64,000 nt of DNA from Eledone cirrhosa (lineage: Eukaryota): positions 43,338,001 through 43,402,000 of the forward strand of contig OZ024743.1 of NCBI GenBank assembly GCA_964016885.1, given 5' to 3'. Shown piece by piece: positions 50,680 to 64,000 of this stretch; position 1 is the first letter of the stretch, and each line of letters opens with the position of its first letter. The position numbers and the translations under genes are program-made. Below the pieces are notes generated by a model. The model did not search any database, had not been told where the DNA came from, and saw only the letters and a list, made by a program, of their open reading frames with translations.

Positions 50680-50771
<92 letters not shown>

Positions 50772-51607
50772 AATATATATATATATATAAATATATGTAT
50801 GTGTGTGAATGTTTGTGCGTGTGAGTGCGGTTGAGTATGTTCACTTGTGTGTGTTTGCAGTATATCAGAAATGTCTATAAGAGGCTTAAGTAAGGTTAAT
50901 ACTCAATATTTCGGTACGTTTCAAGAGATTTCACTAATATTGGAAATTCACGATCCGATCCGAGCAACAGTTTCGCCCTGCATTTTCATGTATCTTTATG
51001 AAATATTTTAGTTTAGCGATTTGTTAGATATCATTCAAGGCATAAAGCGCATTATTAGAATATTATATATTTTTCTTTCAAACAGATAAATATCTTTCTG
51101 AAAATGCGATGATATAGTAATTTGTTTGTTAATCACACACACACATACACACACACACACAAACACACACAAGCGCACACGCGCACAACCCTACACACAC
51201 ACACACACACACACACACAGGCACACAAACACACACAAACACACACACTCTCTGAGTGGTGAGTGCTACTGGTAACATGGAACCCAGTACAACATGGCAC
51301 ATGTTCGGGTCATCTGCGACTACACCGCCAGCTCCACCCGACTTGCGGGGTAAGGAGCGTGAATGTGTTCTCTGCAGGATGAAAAGCAAGACCTGACAAG
51401 TGCAGCAACTCATGAGGTTCAACAGCCATCCACAAGTGTGTATATGTGTATATATTGTGTGGGTGTGTAAATGTGTATAAGTGGGTGTATGTATGTGTAT
51501 GTGACGGGGGGGTATTTTTATTTATTATTTTTTTTTACTTTTTAAACTTTAAAACTTTTAATGTTTTATTTCATTCCGTTTATTTGTTGTAACTAGTTTA
51601 ACTGCTT

Positions 51608-51888
51608 AGGTAGAGGGTCAGACACGCTTTCCAGCGTAGTTACGTCCCTTTACGATCTGAGTTCAAATCCCGCTGAGGTTAACTTTGCCTCTCATCCGTA
51701 CGGGGTCGATAAAATAAAGTACCATTAATGTACTGGATAATTGCTGGCCTTGTGCCAAAAGTAGAAACAATTATTTATCTGGGAAAGGCGGATTGGCATA
51801 TCGGTAGAGCGTCAGACACTATGCTTTCGGCAAAGAGTTATGGCCCTTTGCGTTCTGAGTGCAAATCCCGCCGAATTTAGCTTTGCTA
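51608..51888 (+). mobile_element. Two SINE copies (second partial)
   Basis: gagttcaaatccc and central domain; second head ggcggattggcatatcggtagag. Confidence 0.8.
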
Positions 51889-52019
51889 AAGATACTTATT
51901 TAAATTAAAACCTTCCAATGTAATTTTTATTTATCACCTTTTTGTTACAAATACCATATAAATAAGGAAGCATAATTCTCCTCCCACCCCACTTCATTTT
52001 AAAAAAAATAAATTAATTA

Positions 52020-52213
52020 CTGTATATACTTCAATATAAGCCGACCCCACTATTTTATGTCTGAGGAATGAGCAAAAATCCAAACCATATTTATGTTAAA
52101 TTTGAAATTGGTAACAATCATCAAAATATTGACCCCGAATATATGCCAACCGCTTTCTACCATCTATTTTTTTTTTGTTACATATTCCTCAGCTTATATT
52201 CAAGTATATACAG
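52020..52213. mobile_element. Tc1/mariner-type MITE
   Basis: 25-bp TIRs ctgtatatacttcaatataagccga / tcagcttatattcaagtatatacag (2 mismatches), TA on both sides. Confidence 0.8.
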
Positions 52214-52929
52214 TAATTAGAATAAAGTGTATTTTATTAGCAACTCAGTTATAAAAAGTTTATGAAATGGTATATAGCTACAAAAATTATTTCAGTGACA
52301 TAAAACACAGGAGAAAATAAAGAAAAAAACATTCTTGTATTTTTAAATGTAGTGACAGAAGGAAAAGATATAGAAGTCTTATTAAAAAAGAATAGTAATA
52401 ACAGCAGTTAGGTAAGTTACTATATAGAATCTCATTTTCAATCTATGGAGAGAGCCCCTTAGAAAATATCACATTTGATAGAAAAGACTTTGATCAATGT
52501 AGAAGGGTGAAAAGAACATATTTGAATAATTATACACTTATTTACACACACACGTGAACATATACATACATAAACGTATGCATAATAGCTTTAAAAACAA
52601 AAAAGGAACAAAAATGATGGTGATGACTTCTGAGAAGGCAGAAAGTGAAAACTTGAAAAGAGATATAGTAGATAGAATGTACAGTAGTAGATTATTGATA
52701 TTTGGCCTGTCTTCTACAGGAGAGGAGGAAACTATGATCAACTATAATAATAGTGAATGTGTGTATATTTATTTATATATTTGTCTGTCACTTACTGAAA
52801 GAGAGATGACTGAGGAAAGAAGAGGTGGTGACAAGCTATAGATAACAGCAACCAGTGTTCTAAGATTCTCTACACTTGTGTGTGTATATGTAGTGAATTG
52901 GCTACACACATTGGCTATTATTATTGCCG

Positions 52930-53222
52930 AGGGCGGTGAATTGGCAGTATCAGTAGAGTGTCGGACGCCATGCTTTCCAGCATAGTTACGTCCCTTTACG
53001 ATCTGAGTTCAAATCCCGCCGAGGTTGACTTTGCCTTTCATCCTTACGTGGTCGATAAAATAAAGTACCAGTAATGCACTGGGTAATTGCTGGCCTTGTG
53101 CCTAAAGTAGAGACAATTATTGCCGAGGTTAACTTTGCCTTTCATCCTTACGGGGTCGATAAAATAAAGTACCAGTAATGTACTGAGTAATTGCTGGCCT
53201 TGTGCCAAAAGTAGAAACCATT
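52930..53222 (+). mobile_element. Full-length SINE plus tandem 3' half
   Basis: A box, B box and central domain, followed by a repeat of gccgaggtt...agtagaaac. Confidence 0.85.
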
Positions 53223-53854
53223 TTTGTGTTGGTCTTTGTGTGTTTACATCACCCATAAAATACTAAATTACTATAAATATAAAATACTACAATTAGCTGT
53301 CATTTTTGATGGCACAGGGCCAACTAGTACTATAAGTGCCATGTATGTCTGAGGGAAATACTACTCCACCTCCCCTCTCTCTAACTAACTAAAGCATAAC
53401 GTACAAACAAATGAAAAGAATACACATCCATATCAGTGTTACAGATTGTAAAGCTAAAGGTAGCAGTTTCTTTCAACAAATGTGTATTGATGTTGACAGC
53501 TTTGCACTTAGAATTCCCACCTTTTTTATGAAAACTCGGTTATGAAAATCCTGTCTCGCTCCACCCAACTCTATTTAACTAACTAAAATATAATCCTAAC
53601 TTTAGCCTGTGTCATTTAATATGTAGAAATATATATATAAACTGAGTGTAATTATTGTTTAAGGTTTATTTGGCTGTATAGATATGTTGCTATAACTCTA
53701 ATGCACCTTTATGTTCTGTTTCAAGACGGTACTTCTTCTGATGACATTACGTTTGGAGGTGTAGGTGGGCACTATCAGAACAGTTCTGTAATATTTAATT
53801 TACCATATTGCATTTTGTTCACTCCTACTTTATGCCCACACATTATTATTTAAT

Positions 53855-54012
53855 TGTTACGGTCCTTTCCATCCTGAGTTCAAATTCCGCCGAGGTTAAC
53901 TTTGCCTTTCATCCGTACGGGGTCGATAAAATAAAGTACCAGTAATGCAGGATAAAATAAAGTATCAGTAATACACTGAGATAATTGCTGGCCTTGCGCC
54001 AAAAGTAGGAAC
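53855..54012 (+). mobile_element. SINE 3' part
   Basis: gagttcaaattccgccgaggttaactttgcctttcatcc. Confidence 0.8.
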
Positions 54013-54479
54013 AGCTATTTATCTGGGGAAACCTATGGCTGAATCAGCTACTTCCTTTTTCTTTTTTTTTTTGACAAAAAATCTACGCTTGATACATCTG
54101 CTTACCATCTTCCCTCTGTTTGTCATTGGATTCTGGCAGTTGATACTTAGTGAGCTGCTTGTTTTATATTCTTGTATAGACATCTCTTCAAAGTATTGTG
54201 GCGATGGTGAAGCAGCGACATATACAAACATAAAAAGTTGGAGTTATGCAGTTGCTAATCTACAGACAAGCATCTTAAGGCTTTTCTAACGTCGTTGCGA
54301 GTTTGCGGATTAGGAACTAGCTTGGGCAGAGTTTATTGTGACTGAGAGAAAACTGCTGACACAAATCTTGGGAGAGGTCTAGAAAAGGTGACCCAATCAT
54401 TGTTTCTGTGTTTGTTCCATCATCATTTGGTCAACAAACTTTGGCTGACGGCTGTACATATCGGCTAGAAAGAAAAATG

Positions 54480-56428
54480 AGGAATACTAATATTCAAAAG
54501 AATAGAATTCCATTGAATGTCGCCACATGAATTATAAGAAAATTTCTTGGCAGCGAACCATCCACAAATCCAGAACTCAGGACTGCCGTTGTTGAGCAGG
54601 TATAACATTGATATAGCTTAACTTTCTGAAAATCCGTTTTAGTGTGGAAGGTCATCTATTAATGAGAAGCGCTGGCTATACGGTCTTCGGGAAAGGGACA
54701 TCAAATGAAGGAGTAGGTATTGCTGTCCGGACAGAGATCTCAAAACGACTGGAGGAACCACAAAGTATTCGTGATCAAATTGGATCGACCCGAGATCAGA
54801 ACATGGACACAGCTTCGAACATAGCTGCATACAAATACGCATCGACGACTGCCCCCCTTGCTTCTGCTAAACACCACTTGGTGGCGTTGGCTGCCAGTGT
54901 TATTCATAGCTATGGCTTTCTTAATGTTTATCTATACACATACCTTATTTCTTTAGAAATATGAAATTCAAATACATATTTGTATACAGCTATGTTCGAA
55001 GATGAATTCTAATTCTATTCGATTTTAAGTTAAGCCAACTTATACGGCTTCATATGCAAATGAGATGAATCACCTCATTTACAAAGACGAAAAAACTATA
55101 TATTCTCTCCTGTTTCCAAAGTGCGGCAGTTGCAAGAACGGGAGGGTCGTCGTTACTAGAACCCGTAGAGCCCGAAATGCATCGACGATTGTCCATCTTT
55201 CTTCTGCCGAATACCACTATGTGGCGTTGACTACCAACGTTATTTTTAGATATGACTTTTTAAATGTTTATTTATAAACATACCGTATTTCTTTAGAAAT
55301 ACGAAATTCGAATGCATCTTGGATTATATCATCACCAGGAAGAGAGACTTCAAGGATATCTGCTGTGTAAGAGTAATCCGTGGTGCAGAATGTGGTACAG
55401 ATCACCCATTTCTATGTGGCAAGTTGAAGGTGTAGATCAGTAGAAAACTAAGGGAAGTAGAGTTACAAGTGACAAAACGTTTAGAAATACGAAATGGTCA
55501 TTAAAATGCACTTGACAATATCGTTTTTAATGGGACTCTCGAACATTTTAAAACAGAGGTTTACAGAAGACAAAGCACAGACACTGGTTTGATGATAATG
55601 ACATTGCAATCACTATGATCCTTGAAGAGAAAAACAAGCTGTAAGAGAAGGACAAAACATAAAGAATAACTGGTGGTCTAAAGTCTCACCACAGATTTAG
55701 AGAGCGTATAACTGCAGAGACCTGAAGGCATTACACAGCAAAATATGGCAAGTGTTTTTGGTCTACAACCCTCAGAAATGTCACTATTAAAGTCGAAATT
55801 TGGGAACCTCTCATCAACGATTCGGCAGTTAACATGATCCGAGGGAATGAACAATTTCAATACTTGTATATGTTTGACAACCCATCTCTAGTTGACGAGA
55901 AAATTATTAATGGGTGCCGCAAAGGAAGAATTACACAGAAATTATGAAGGATCCAAACATTGATGAAATAAGGTCTACTACCAAAGAGATAAGCATAGGG
56001 AAATCTCTAGATTTGGATGGAATACCTGTTGAGCTGATTTACTTTGGATGAGACAAGGTTGCTATGCACGTTCATGGGCTAGTCTCAACAGATGGCATGG
56101 GGAGCTTGTCCCGCATGACTAGGATAATGTGAGTTTGCTCTCGATTGAAGAGGAAAGGGCTCCAGCTCGGAATGCAGTGATTATCGTGGTATACATCTGC
56201 TTGAATCGGTAGGTAAGCCTTATCCAAGGATTTTATGAATCATCTAATGAAACGGATCTGCGCTGGTTCCATCTCTGAAACCCAGTGTGGATTCAGACAC
56301 GGGCGAGATACTATGAACATGATTGTCTCAATCCGTCAGCTTATAAACATGCTTGTTGTGTAATAAGTGCCGCTTTACGAAGTATTTGTGGACCTTACCA
56401 AAACTTTCGATACTGTTAATCGATCTGG
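54480..56428 (+). mobile_element. Degenerate RTE-clade LINE fragment, interrupted by repeat at 54830-55320
   Basis: LNVAT, GYTVFGKG..GVGIAV, GAECGTDH, DYRGI.LL, SETQCGFR, FVDLTKTFDTVNR. Confidence 0.75.
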
Positions 56429-56429
56429 C

Positions 56430-56890
56430 TGTGTACTTAATGTGTTCCCTTTGCTACCACGTTGCTTAATTTTCTGCGTGTCAATGGCAATATACATCTA
56501 TAATCAAGCAAGAATTATTCCTTATTAATATCCACCAGGTCAGGCCCATTTCATGTTAATTCATCATCTGTTGGTATCCTGAAATCCCACAGCCCCATCA
56601 CCTAATCGTTTTCTATCACTTGACTCTGGTATATGCACATATCACTTCTCAGTGTGGAGTAAATAATTCAATTTTCATAGATTCCTCCATCATTTATAAT
56701 GTCGCTTGGCTACGTGTCTACACTCGGATACACTGTGAGCCATTGGTGCCCCTCTCTCTCCACAAATCATTAAGTGTGAGCTAGCTTCTTCCTTGTTAAT
56801 AGGATGATTAATTCATTTCGTTCTACGGGTTACTCCTGTGAAAGCAATAGATTACTTAACGTCCCCTTTCCTTAACTAGTCCCATATCTG
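56430..56890 (-). mobile_element. Decayed R4/Dong-like RLE LINE C-terminal fragment
   Basis: ICGERGAPMAHSVSEC..VAKRHY and LWDFRIPTD....GPDLV on minus strand. Confidence 0.5.
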
Positions 56891-57287
56891 TGGATATATT
56901 TATGTCAGGAAATCTTCTCGATCTGAACTAAGTTCTCCCCGCTGACAAACATTTCTTGCACGCACAGTAGCATACACGTACATGTTTTATATGCTTCTTG
57001 ACAAAAATACATACTATTTTTAGTTGTAGTGTATGCGTATATATACTGTGGCGGAATGGATCTAAACATATTGGTTGCTACATATATAATGCTATCATTT
57101 AATATTAATAATGAATCCATAACATTTTCAAAAAAATACATACAAGTGGAAACAAAACAGTGCAATCGAATTTATGCTGAAAAATATCTTATGTTCTCCA
57201 AGAAAAAACATTTTGTACTTTACGAAATCCAGAGTTTTCAATAATGACCTTTGGTCTTTCGCGCTCGTTCAATATATATATATATAT

Positions 57288-58585
57288 AAGTGGTTACACA
57301 ACAGTTAGTTCACCATACCGAGAACAATTGTTTCACCTCCGCGGATCTTCAGCTTGGGATGTTTATGGTTATAGGAACAGGAAGGACAACAGTACGAACG
57401 CGCATGCGCATAAACTCGATCACTTCACACAGGCAATACTAGATTGCGTGCGGGAGGTGTTAGGGAGATAACTGCGAATGTCCGGAAAGCTTTTAGGTTG
57501 AAAATAAAATTTAAAAAAATTAAAAATAACATTACAAAGAATCAGTCCGGAGCCTTGTAGTTTCTCTCCCACTAGCAACAACACCATTAATAAATGTAAG
57601 CGCATCAATAGACAAACTATCTGGTTCTCTCCTCCCTTCTCACTCAACGTTAAAACCAATGTAGGAAACAAATTTCTAGCCCTTTTACATAGATACTTCC
57701 CCATATGTCATAAATATCGCTCCATCTTTAACCGACACAAAGTTAAACTACGATAATGCTGCACTAAGAACATGAAGGCCCATATCACCAGCAGCCCTAG
57801 GAGCAACACCCCACCAGGGTACTCTGGCCGTAAGCCTGAAGCTTGCCCCCTTCAATAGCAATGCAACACACCAGCTGTATTCTATGAAGCTGTGGTCACT
57901 TTCAACCGACCAAACGAACCACAGGAGGTCAAATCCTATGTGGACATGGCGGAGGGCTGATTCAAGGAGCGTTTCCTGAACCACCAGTCTACATTCAGAT
58001 ACCCGGACAGACGTTCATCCACGAAACTTACGAGCCACGTATGGTCCCTCAAGGACTCAAGTATAGGTTACTCTATTCAATGAAATGCCATAACTAAGTC
58101 CAAGTCATACGCAATGGGAAATCAGACGTGTGGCTTATGTATTGACGAACGAATATTTATCCTAAAGAGATTATGCAATAGTGATTGCCTAAACACGAGT
58201 AGTGAATTTTTCACACGTTGTCCACACATGACCAAACATCTATTGCATAACTACAAGGCTCCGGACCGATTCTTGTAATTTTATTTTTAATTTTTTAAAT
58301 ATTATTTTCAACCTAAAAGCTTGCCGAACTCTCGCAGTTATCTCCCTTACACCTCCCGCACGCAGTCTAGTATTGCTTGTGTGAAGTGATCGATTTTCTG
58401 CGCATGCGCGTTCGTACGATTGTCCTTCCTGTTCCTATAGCCATACACATCCCAAGCTGAAGATCTGCGAAGGTGAAACATTGGATCTCGGTATGGTGAA
58501 GAAACTGTTGTGTAACCACTTCTACCTAACTCGTCCCTTGGACTGAGTGCTCTACCACTACGGATATTACCTTGCAGTGTTCGAC

Positions 58586-58591
<6 letters not shown>
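57288..58591 (+). mobile_element. Naiad-like PLE family C, 5'-truncated with inverted pLTR; HHRs 57318-57357 (minus) and 58452-58491 (plus)
   Basis: IWFSPPFSLNVKTNVG, FKERFLNH, HVWSLKD, CGLC, CPH with stops; about 280-bp inverted arms; CTGAAGA..GAAACAATTGT. Confidence 0.85.
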
Positions 58592-58647
<56 letters not shown>

Positions 58648-58899
58648 AATACAATATCGGAGAAAGCTTTTTAGCGATACTCCGGCCAAATTCCAACTCA
58701 CTCAACAAACATTAGGAAATAAGTGATTTTATTCCAAATTATGCGTTCGGGGTGCTAACTAAAAGTATTGCGTGGAAAATTGGCTGTGTTATTTCATATG
58801 AGATATATCGAATATATCTCTTCCCAGAAGGACGTTTCGTTTCATTATAGGATTCCTACAATTTGGGTTAAATTATACCAATTTATGTAGGAGCTTGTA

Positions 58900-58988
<89 letters not shown>

Positions 58989-58992
58989 TATA

Positions 58993-59080
<88 letters not shown>

Positions 59081-59083
<3 letters not shown>

Positions 59084-62000
59084 TTTCTGAATTTGTGTAG
59101 CAAGATTCTTTATCTGAAAACGTGTGTTGAAACCGATATTGTTATACTTTGGGAGGGTCATGTTGCCAATAAGAAACACACGCACGAGTTGTTTCACTTC
59201 AATTTATTATAAATTAAATTTATAAATTTAAGAATTTATAAATTTCCGGTTGGATCGTTGGTTCCACAACCAGACGATTGTTCATATATTGTCAAAGTCC
59301 TTTCGTCATAGATTCTCTGACCTCTTCAGTGAAGGGGGATTCTTTTCTTTGTTTTTGTGCCTCTTCTTTGTTCTGTCCTACGCCATCTTGTTTTTGTGTG
59401 TGTTGCGTGCTTAGTTTGCGCATGTGTTACATCCGGGTGTCTGTGTGTGTTTATATTTGTTTATTTATTTGTTTATTTACATGTTACTGGTTGGTTGTTT
59501 TTTTTATGCGCGTGTGTGTTTTCATTTTGTCCTTAATTGTAAGTTGTGATGTTGCTGTTCCATTCATGTTTTCTATTTAATTTTGGTTGAAGTTGATTTA
59601 TGTTTATTGCTCTGTGATTTGCATCTTTTCTGTGTGTAGATTCTATTTTTATTTCTATGTTCTCTAATTTACCCGTATATTCTATTTTAGCATGTTGGTG
59701 GAGTACAGATGATTCTTTACTATCTTAGAGCTCTCGCCAGTGTTCATTTATCCGTTCCCTATAATACGAGCTGTCTGATCTATGTACATTATATTCTTAT
59801 CTCTACATTGTTCTTCAATACATCATATGCTATATACTACATTTCTAGTTTTACAGTTAATATGGGGGCTGAATTTATAGGTTATACATTTCTTATCTAT
59901 ACAGGGAGGTCTATGAAAAGGGTATATATTGCTAATAAGTGTTTTTATGAAGGGATCTGGTCTTTCTACTATCTTAATATTGAGTTTATGTGTATCTAGG
60001 GCCCTTCTAAACCCTCTAGGGGTTGTATCGATGAACATTACACTCTGATATGTATTACTATCATACCATGAGTTTATTCTATTAACCTTATTCCTAGTTC
60101 TTTCTATTATATTCCAAAATGTGCTCCTATACAAGGGGCAGCTCCCATTTGTATCATTATTTACCATTTTTTCCCATTTGGTTCTGGATGCTCTATATAC
60201 TCTGATTTTATCTCTCTGATTGTAACTAGAGAACTGCATACGGTGGATGAAGTGTTGTATGTGTCTCTCTAGTTCTTTGGGGTTGCACATGCGGGACACC
60301 TTTCTCATCACCCGTACCAAATCCGCAATCAGTATGTTGATTTTGGTATTGTCCGAAACAGCTGAGTTTCGGTGGATCAGATATTTGGAAGTCATGGGTT
60401 TGGCATAATGGGAATGGAGGATTTGTTTTTTTGTTATTAATGGTATCTAACCAGAGCTCTGTGTCTAGTACAGGTAATCGATGGTTGGGGTGTTTGCTTG
60501 GGTAGTCTATAGTAACTCTAATACTCTGGTGGATGGAGTTAGCTATTTGCTGGATGCTTTCCATTGTGTTTTTCTCTAATTCCTGACTGTTCTCTAGTGG
60601 AGGTGTCTTTACTACAATGTTTATATCATCAATATAGCGGGAGTACATTATCAGGGTTAAGAGGTTGCTGTCTTCTAATTGTTCTTTAAGTTTAAGTTTA
60701 AGTTAATTGTCCCACCATACCATGAATAGGTTAACTATGTCACCTGCAATACTAACACCAATGGCTGCTCCCTTCTCTTGGGCATATGATTATCCATTAA
60801 ATTTGAACATATGTTCCTTAAGGGTTAATTTTATACTAAAGAAAATGATTGCACATGCGGTGGGGGCCAGTATAAAAGTAACCCTTAAGGAACATATGTT
60901 CAAATTTAATGGAAAAACATATACCCAAGAGGAGGGGGCAGCCATTGGTGTTAGCATTGCAGGTGACATAGTTAACCTATTCATGGTATGGTGGGACAAT
61001 AGACTTAAACTTCAAACTTAAAGAACAATTAGAAGACAGCAACCTCTTAACCCTGATAATGTACTCCCGCTACGTTGATGATATAAACATCGTAGTAAAG
61101 ACACCCACACTAGAGAACAGTCAGGAATTAGAGAAATACACCATGGAAAGCATCCAGCAAATAGCTTACTCCTTCCACCAGAGTATTAGAGTTACTATAG
61201 ACTACTCAAGTAACACCCCAACCATCGATTACCTGTACTAGATACCATTAATAACAAAAAACAAATCCTCCATTCCCATTATGCCAAACCAATGACTTCC
61301 AAATATCTGATCCACCGAAATTCAGCTGTTTCGGACCATACCTAAATCAACATACTGATTGCAGATTTGGTACGGGTGATGACAAACGTTTCCTGCTTGT
61401 GCAACCCCAAAGAACTAGAGAGACACATACAACATTTGATCCACCGTATGTAGTTCTCTGGTTACAATCAGAGAGATAAAATCAGAGTATATAGAGGAGC
61501 CAGAACCAAATGGGAAAAAAATGGTAAATAATGATACAAATGGGACCTGCCCCTTGTACAGGAGCAAATTTTGGAATAGAATAGAAATAACTAGGAATAA
61601 GGTTAATAGAATAAACTCATGGTATGATAGCAATAAATACCAGAGTGTAATGTTCATCGATACAACCCCTAGAGGTGAATTAGCTTACACATTTAGAAGG
61701 GCCCTAGATAAACATAAACTCATTATTAGCAATAAATACCCTTTTCATAGACCTCCCTGTATAGATAAGAAATGTATAATCTGTAAATTAAGCCCCCATA
61801 TTAACTGTAAAACTAGAAATGTAGTATATAGCATATGATGTACTGAAGGACAATGTAGAGATAAGAATATAGTGTACATAGGTGGGACAGCTCGTAGTAT
61901 AGGGGAACGGATAAATGAATACTGGCGAGAGCTTCAAGATAGTAAAGAATCATCTGTACTCCACCAACATGCTAAAATAGAACATAAGGGTATATTAGAG

Positions 62001-62516
62001 AATATATAAATAGAAATAGAATCTACACACAGAAAAGACGCAATGTTTAGACAAATCACAGAGGCATTTATGTTTATAAATTATCTCCAACCAAAATTAA
62101 ATAGAAAACATGAATGGGACAGCAACATGACAACTCACAATTAAGGACAAAATGAAAACGCACACACACACAGAACAAACAACCAACCAGTAACATGGAA
62201 ATAAACAAATAAATAAACAAATAGAAACACACACAGACACCTGGATGTAACACATGCGCAAACTAAGCACACAACAAACACAAAAACAAGATGGCGTAGG
62301 ACAGAACAAAGGAGAGGCACACAAACAAAAAAATAATCCCCCTTCACTGAAGAGGTCACAGAATGTGTGACGAAAGAACTTTGCAATATATGAACAATCG
62401 TATGGTTGTGGAACCAACCAACCAACCGGAAATTTATAAATTCAATTTATAATAAATTGAAGTGAAAGCAGATGGTGCGAGTGTTTCTTATTGGCAACAT
62501 GACCGTACCAAAGTTT

Positions 62517-62521
<5 letters not shown>
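59081..62521. mobile_element. Head-to-head inverted pair of a degenerate GIY-YIG PLE (family D); HHR motifs 59281-59333 (minus) and 62343-62394 (plus)
   Basis: YTQEEGAAIG, YSRYVDD, LPVLD, NVVYSI*C..VYIG; about 1.7-kb arms around spacer 60838-60868; CTGAAGA-gGTCAC..GTGAC-GAAA. Confidence 0.88.
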
Positions 62522-62572
<51 letters not shown>

Positions 62573-62682
62573 CTGTAGCGCCTCATTTCCGTAGGGCCTC
62601 ATTTCCCCCTCCATCTCTATTTCTCTTTCTCTCTGTAATACTTGAATATATTATGATTCGGACTTACTTTATTCATGATTGG

Positions 62683-62743
<61 letters not shown>

Positions 62744-62744
<1 letters not shown>

Positions 62745-64000
62745 TACGAAATGGATTTCAAAAATGAACAACATACAGGTACGCCATTTTTAAAACAAAC
62801 TAAATCTGACACACCACATGCACAACAAATAACAAAAAAAGTAACAAAACGTCCAACATACCCCCCGCAAAACTATAACGATGATCCCAACCCACACAAA
62901 GGAACAAAATATACAACCCGGACTATCAACAAACTAAACCTCAATACGTCCGAAACTTCTATACCAGACCACACAACAACAGGGGAAATGCCATTAGATA
63001 TAATACCATTGAAAAAACATTCCAGAAATATCATTTTTTAGACCAACGTTACAGGACCCAAACACCCGGGGGCACAAACCGATTTTGAAAAACTGAAAAT
63101 AATCAACCTTTCAAATACAAACCTCTCAGCCCAACAAGTAAAAATTCTCTCCAAAGGACTGAAATTCACACAAACACCACAATACTCTAACCTCAATGAG
63201 ATAAATGACGATATCTCACACTTCTGTAGAAAATTACGTCTCACAGAGGATTTCTTTGACAAGGAGAATAACGACCAATCAATTGTACGGAATAAAAACA
63301 GCTACAAACCAACAAAAGGCAGAAACAGAGCTCTGGACAAATGTTGTGATCACATAGCTACTTTCCCAGACCGCAACCTAAACCCAATCCCAACACAAGT
63401 CGAAGGGAATGGGAGATTATCCCATGAACTAAAAAACAATACGGACATTATAATTAAGGAAGCGGACAACGCAAGTACTGTTGCATTATGGATGCTGAAA
63501 AATATGAAAATTCTATGCTGTCTCTCTCTTACAAAATACTAATTACTATGAAAGAGTAAAAGACTACCAGCAATCAAAAACAATGACCAGATTATAAACA
63601 CTGATTTGTCGATACCAGGAAGACTTAACTAAAAACGAAGGCGATTATTTAATACATTTTGAATACAAAACCATCAACCATTCCGGACTTCCGAAGTTCC
63701 ACAAGTGTAAAATAATTAACGATGCCTGTAAACAATCCACATCAGCCTGCGTGAACGCATAATACCCCACAGACCTTAAATTAAGACAAATTGTAGCGGG
63801 CCGACAATGTGAAACACACAGACTGAGCAACGTTATAGACATACTACTAACACCAATTCTCAAACACATACCAAGCCTTGTAAGAGACGATCTGGACCTC
63901 TTAAACCATCTCCCCAAATATGTCAACAACAACACTATCACTGTGTCATTCGATGTAGTGAATCTCTACACAACGATCCCACACGAATAAGGACTAGAAG
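62744..64000 (+). mobile_element. Degenerate Neptune-like PLE, N-terminal and RT part (runs off window)
   Basis: IINLS...LSKGLKF, FCRKLRL, IKEAD, GLPKFHK, LRQIVAG, SFDVVNLYTTIPH. Confidence 0.8.

Overview
AT-rich, microsatellite-dense eukaryotic DNA with no intact host gene. The abundant tRNA-derived SINE and the (TA)n/(GATA)n content suggest a cephalopod, probably an octopod (inference). The window is dominated by Penelope-like retroelements (PLEs; RT + C-terminal GIY-YIG) stacked inside (TA)n tracts. These comprise a young Naiad-like family A with one intact 717-aa ORF, its sister subfamily A2, Naiad-like families B and C, at least four other PLE lineages and several non-coding mini-elements. 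Many of them carry type I hammerhead ribozymes (HHRs), including U3-A8 and A4 core variants. Also present are CR1/L2-group, Tx1, RTE and R4-like LINE remnants, SINEs, a MITE and an intronless TMEM131 retrocopy. The most notable signal is mechanistic. Family A insertions end at two fixed points, about +20 and +100 nt downstream of the predicted HHR cleavage site, on opposite strands. One 120-bp insertion consists of exactly those two arms joined head-to-head at the predicted cleavage nucleotide. Another spans about 1.5 unit lengths through the ribozyme. Together these suggest twin-primed reverse transcription of ribozyme-processed (linear and possibly circular) RNA into (TA)n. All family assignments come from motif recognition, not database searches.
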